Assembly (NCBI RefSeq): GCF_006345805.1
Contig: NC_043020.1
Span: forward strand, 10,044,001-10,108,000
Origin: Octopus sinensis
Lineage: Eukaryota
DNA length: 64,000 bases
Direction: 5' to 3'
This document shows positions 61,417 through 64,000 of this stretch, one piece after another (within the stretch, counting starts at the first letter, position 1; every line of letters begins with the position of its first letter). The position numbers and the translations under genes were made by a program. The notes below the pieces were generated by a model. The model saw only the letters and a program-made list of their open reading frames with translations. It made no database searches and was not told the DNA's origin.

Positions 61417-63148
61417 GTATGTTTTAACGATTTGTTAATGATACAGTTTACACCTGTCTTTTGTTGTGGTCTCATATTGTCCTGTATATGTCCATCTTTT
61501 ATCGCAGTTTGTGTCTTTTTTTTTCTTCCTTTCTACTTTTATTTCACTTTGTTTTGTCTTTCTTGGGTTTATTATTCAGTATAATTATACTGGAGTGGGC
61601 AGGGACTAAAGCTGTAGAGATAAGCTTTTTGGTAGACTCTATTCCACAGTTTGGTTTCAATTCTCTGGTTGTAGGTGTTTCACTTTTCATTTCATTCCCC
61701 ACTGGTTATGACGTTAATCCTCTTATCTAGATTTAACCCTTTTGAACCTAACTCACCTGAGGCTATCACTAGTTCCCTGGATACAAACCTCTTGTCTCAA
61801 ATGATTTAAATTAAATTCTATGGAGTCTCAAATGATCTAAATTAAATTCTATGGATATATAAACTAAACTAATTCTATGGATACACACTTCTTGTCTAAA
61901 AAATGATCATGTTCATTTTTGTTTCAAATGCCAGCTTAATAATGATAGTTATTTTACTAAATTTTTCATAATTTAAAAAACTAATTGAATTAAAGGCAGT
62001 TTTTCCTAACAAATATGGTAACAAAAGGGTTAATTATGACAAAGTTGTTTTCCTAAATTTTTCATTATTTTCAAAATAATTCATTTAAAAGCAGTGAATT
62101 TCAACAAAAAAATATGCTCCAAAAGCGTTAATAATGACAGTTATTTCACTAAGTTCTTCAGTATTTTCAAAACTGAAAAGACTGTGTATTTCTGCAGAAA
62201 AAGGGTTAAATTGGGACCAGTTGGATATGGCAGGGGGTCAACAGAATTTAAATTTAATTCATTTTTTTCTAAATTGTTTTTTGTTTCTTTCTTTTCCGCC
62301 TATTTTTCAAATTTTATTCGTAGCAAAACATTTTTGCTCGTAAACTAAAATTAGAGAAATATGAAGGAAAGCACATTAAACATTTTTTATTATTAAATGG
62401 AAATAATATATTTTTAAATTTGTAAGTAATATATTTGATAAGCATTCGTGCGTGATCGTTACCTGCATTGCCTTACTGTCACTTGTGCTGGTGGCATGTG
62501 AAAAAATATTCAAGCGAGGTCGTTGCCAGTGCCGCTGGACTGGCTCCTGTGCCGGTGGCACATAAAAAACACCATTTGAGCGTGGCCGTTGCCAGTGCTG
62601 CTTGACTGGTCCTTGTGCCAGTGGCACGTAAAAAGCACCCACTACACTCTCGGAGTGGTTAGCGTTAGGAAGGGCATCTAGCCGTAGAAACTCTTCCAGA
62701 TCAGATTGGAGTCTGGTGCAGCCATCTGGCACGTAAAAAGCACCCACTACACTCTCAGAGTGGTTAGCGTTAGGAAGGGCATCTAGCCATAGAAACTCTT
62801 CCAGATCAGATTGGAGTCTGGTGCAGCCATCTGGTTCGCCAGGCCTCAGTCAAATTGTCCAACCCATGCTAGCATGGAAAGTAGATGTTAAACGATGATG
62901 ATGATGATGATGATTAGTATAGATACTCTTTTCTCTTTTACTCTTTTACTTGTTTCAGTCATTTGACTGCGGCCATGCTGGAGCACCGCCTTTAGTCGAG
63001 CAAAATCGACCCCGGGACTTATTCTTTGTAAGCCCAGTACTTATTCTATCGGTCTCTTTTGCCGAACCGCTAAGTAACGCGGACATAAACACACCAGCAT
63101 CGGTTGTCAAGCAATGCTAGGGGGACAAACACAGACACACAAACACAT

Positions 63149-63196
<48 letters not shown>

Positions 63197-63199
63197 AAG

Positions 63200-63233
<34 letters not shown>

Positions 63234-64000
63234 GACAGGCTTCTTTTTAGTTTCCGTCTACCAAATCCACTCACAAGGCATTGGTCGGCCCGGGGCTATA
63301 GCAGAAGACACTTGCCCAAGATGCCACACAGTGGGACTGAACCCGGAACCATGTGGCTGGTTAGCAAGCTACTTACCACATAGCCACTCCTGTGCCTGTT
63401 TTTTTTTTTTTTTTTTTATTAAATCCAGGTCATTTTAACCCTTTAGTATTTAAACCAGTCATATCCAGCCCGACCAAATTCTTCCTGTCTTACGTTCAAA
63501 CCACCCAGATCTGGCTTCTGGCAAAGTCATTTTAAAAATAATCAATCACACATCATCAACATCTTGAAGCTATGAGATAATACAGGATTAATTCAAAACA
63601 ATGTGAATAAATAAGCATTATACTTGACAAAGTAATCTGAATGCTTGAGGGTTAATCCGGCTGATTTTTCTCAGGTAATTTTTAAGTAGATTAAGTATCG
63701 TTGGGTATGTTAACTTATCCTCTGATTTATCCCCCTCCTGTGTGATTCTGAAAAGTATCCATGTTTTTATTTCAATTTTACTTATTGAAATTAAATTTTA
63801 AATTCTTTCCATGAAAATTCATTTGAAATTTAAATTGGTGAAAATATCTTTCTTTTTAGTTAATTTTGATTTAGAAGTTAAATATCTCTATTTTATTTTA
63901 TTTTTTTCGAATTCTATTTAAAAAATAAAAATCTCGACTGTCCATCTTAACTCTCTCTTCATTTCGTTTGACGTAAAAAAAAAATGGGTTTTTTTTTTTC

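Noticed and set aside
61417-64000. NAPRT exon 10 (expected G..I..FGIGT.LVTC motif)
   Set aside because: Not found in the remaining 2.6 kb, which is MITE, SINE and AT-rich sequence. It presumably lies beyond the window.

Overview
This is repeat-dense, AT-rich animal genomic DNA. It is most likely an octopod cephalopod, judged from my recollection of the SINE and microsatellite landscape; this is unverified. There is a 100-N scaffold gap at 1389-1488. One protein-coding gene is supported: nicotinate phosphoribosyltransferase (NAPRT) on the + strand. Nine GT-AG coding exons (13102-61416) splice in consistent phase into 387 codons, the first intron is 28.2 kb, and the gene continues past the window end. 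The rest is mobile DNA and simple repeats: at least four tRNA-headed SINE families (my labels A, B, D, E), a GAT-tailed retroposon with an internal ~62-bp VNTR (family C), RTE and CR1 LINE fragments, a mariner relic, hAT, piggyBac and Tc1 MITEs, non-autonomous Helitrons, and mini- and microsatellites. The most interesting signals are: (1) short (TA)n-embedded elements with hammerhead-ribozyme folds, namely a near-canonical type I hammerhead at 8961-9014 and an inverted pair of minimal hammerheads at 26772-26934; (2) a tRNA-Glu/SINE chimera flanked by a perfect 16-bp TSD and then triplicated; (3) a dense E-box/octamer/X-box motif cluster in NAPRT intron 1; (4) candidate upstream exons and a triplet-repeat leader 5' of NAPRT. 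Nearly all ORFs in the supplied track are artefacts of repeats. All coordinates were counted by hand, and repeat boundaries are approximate.
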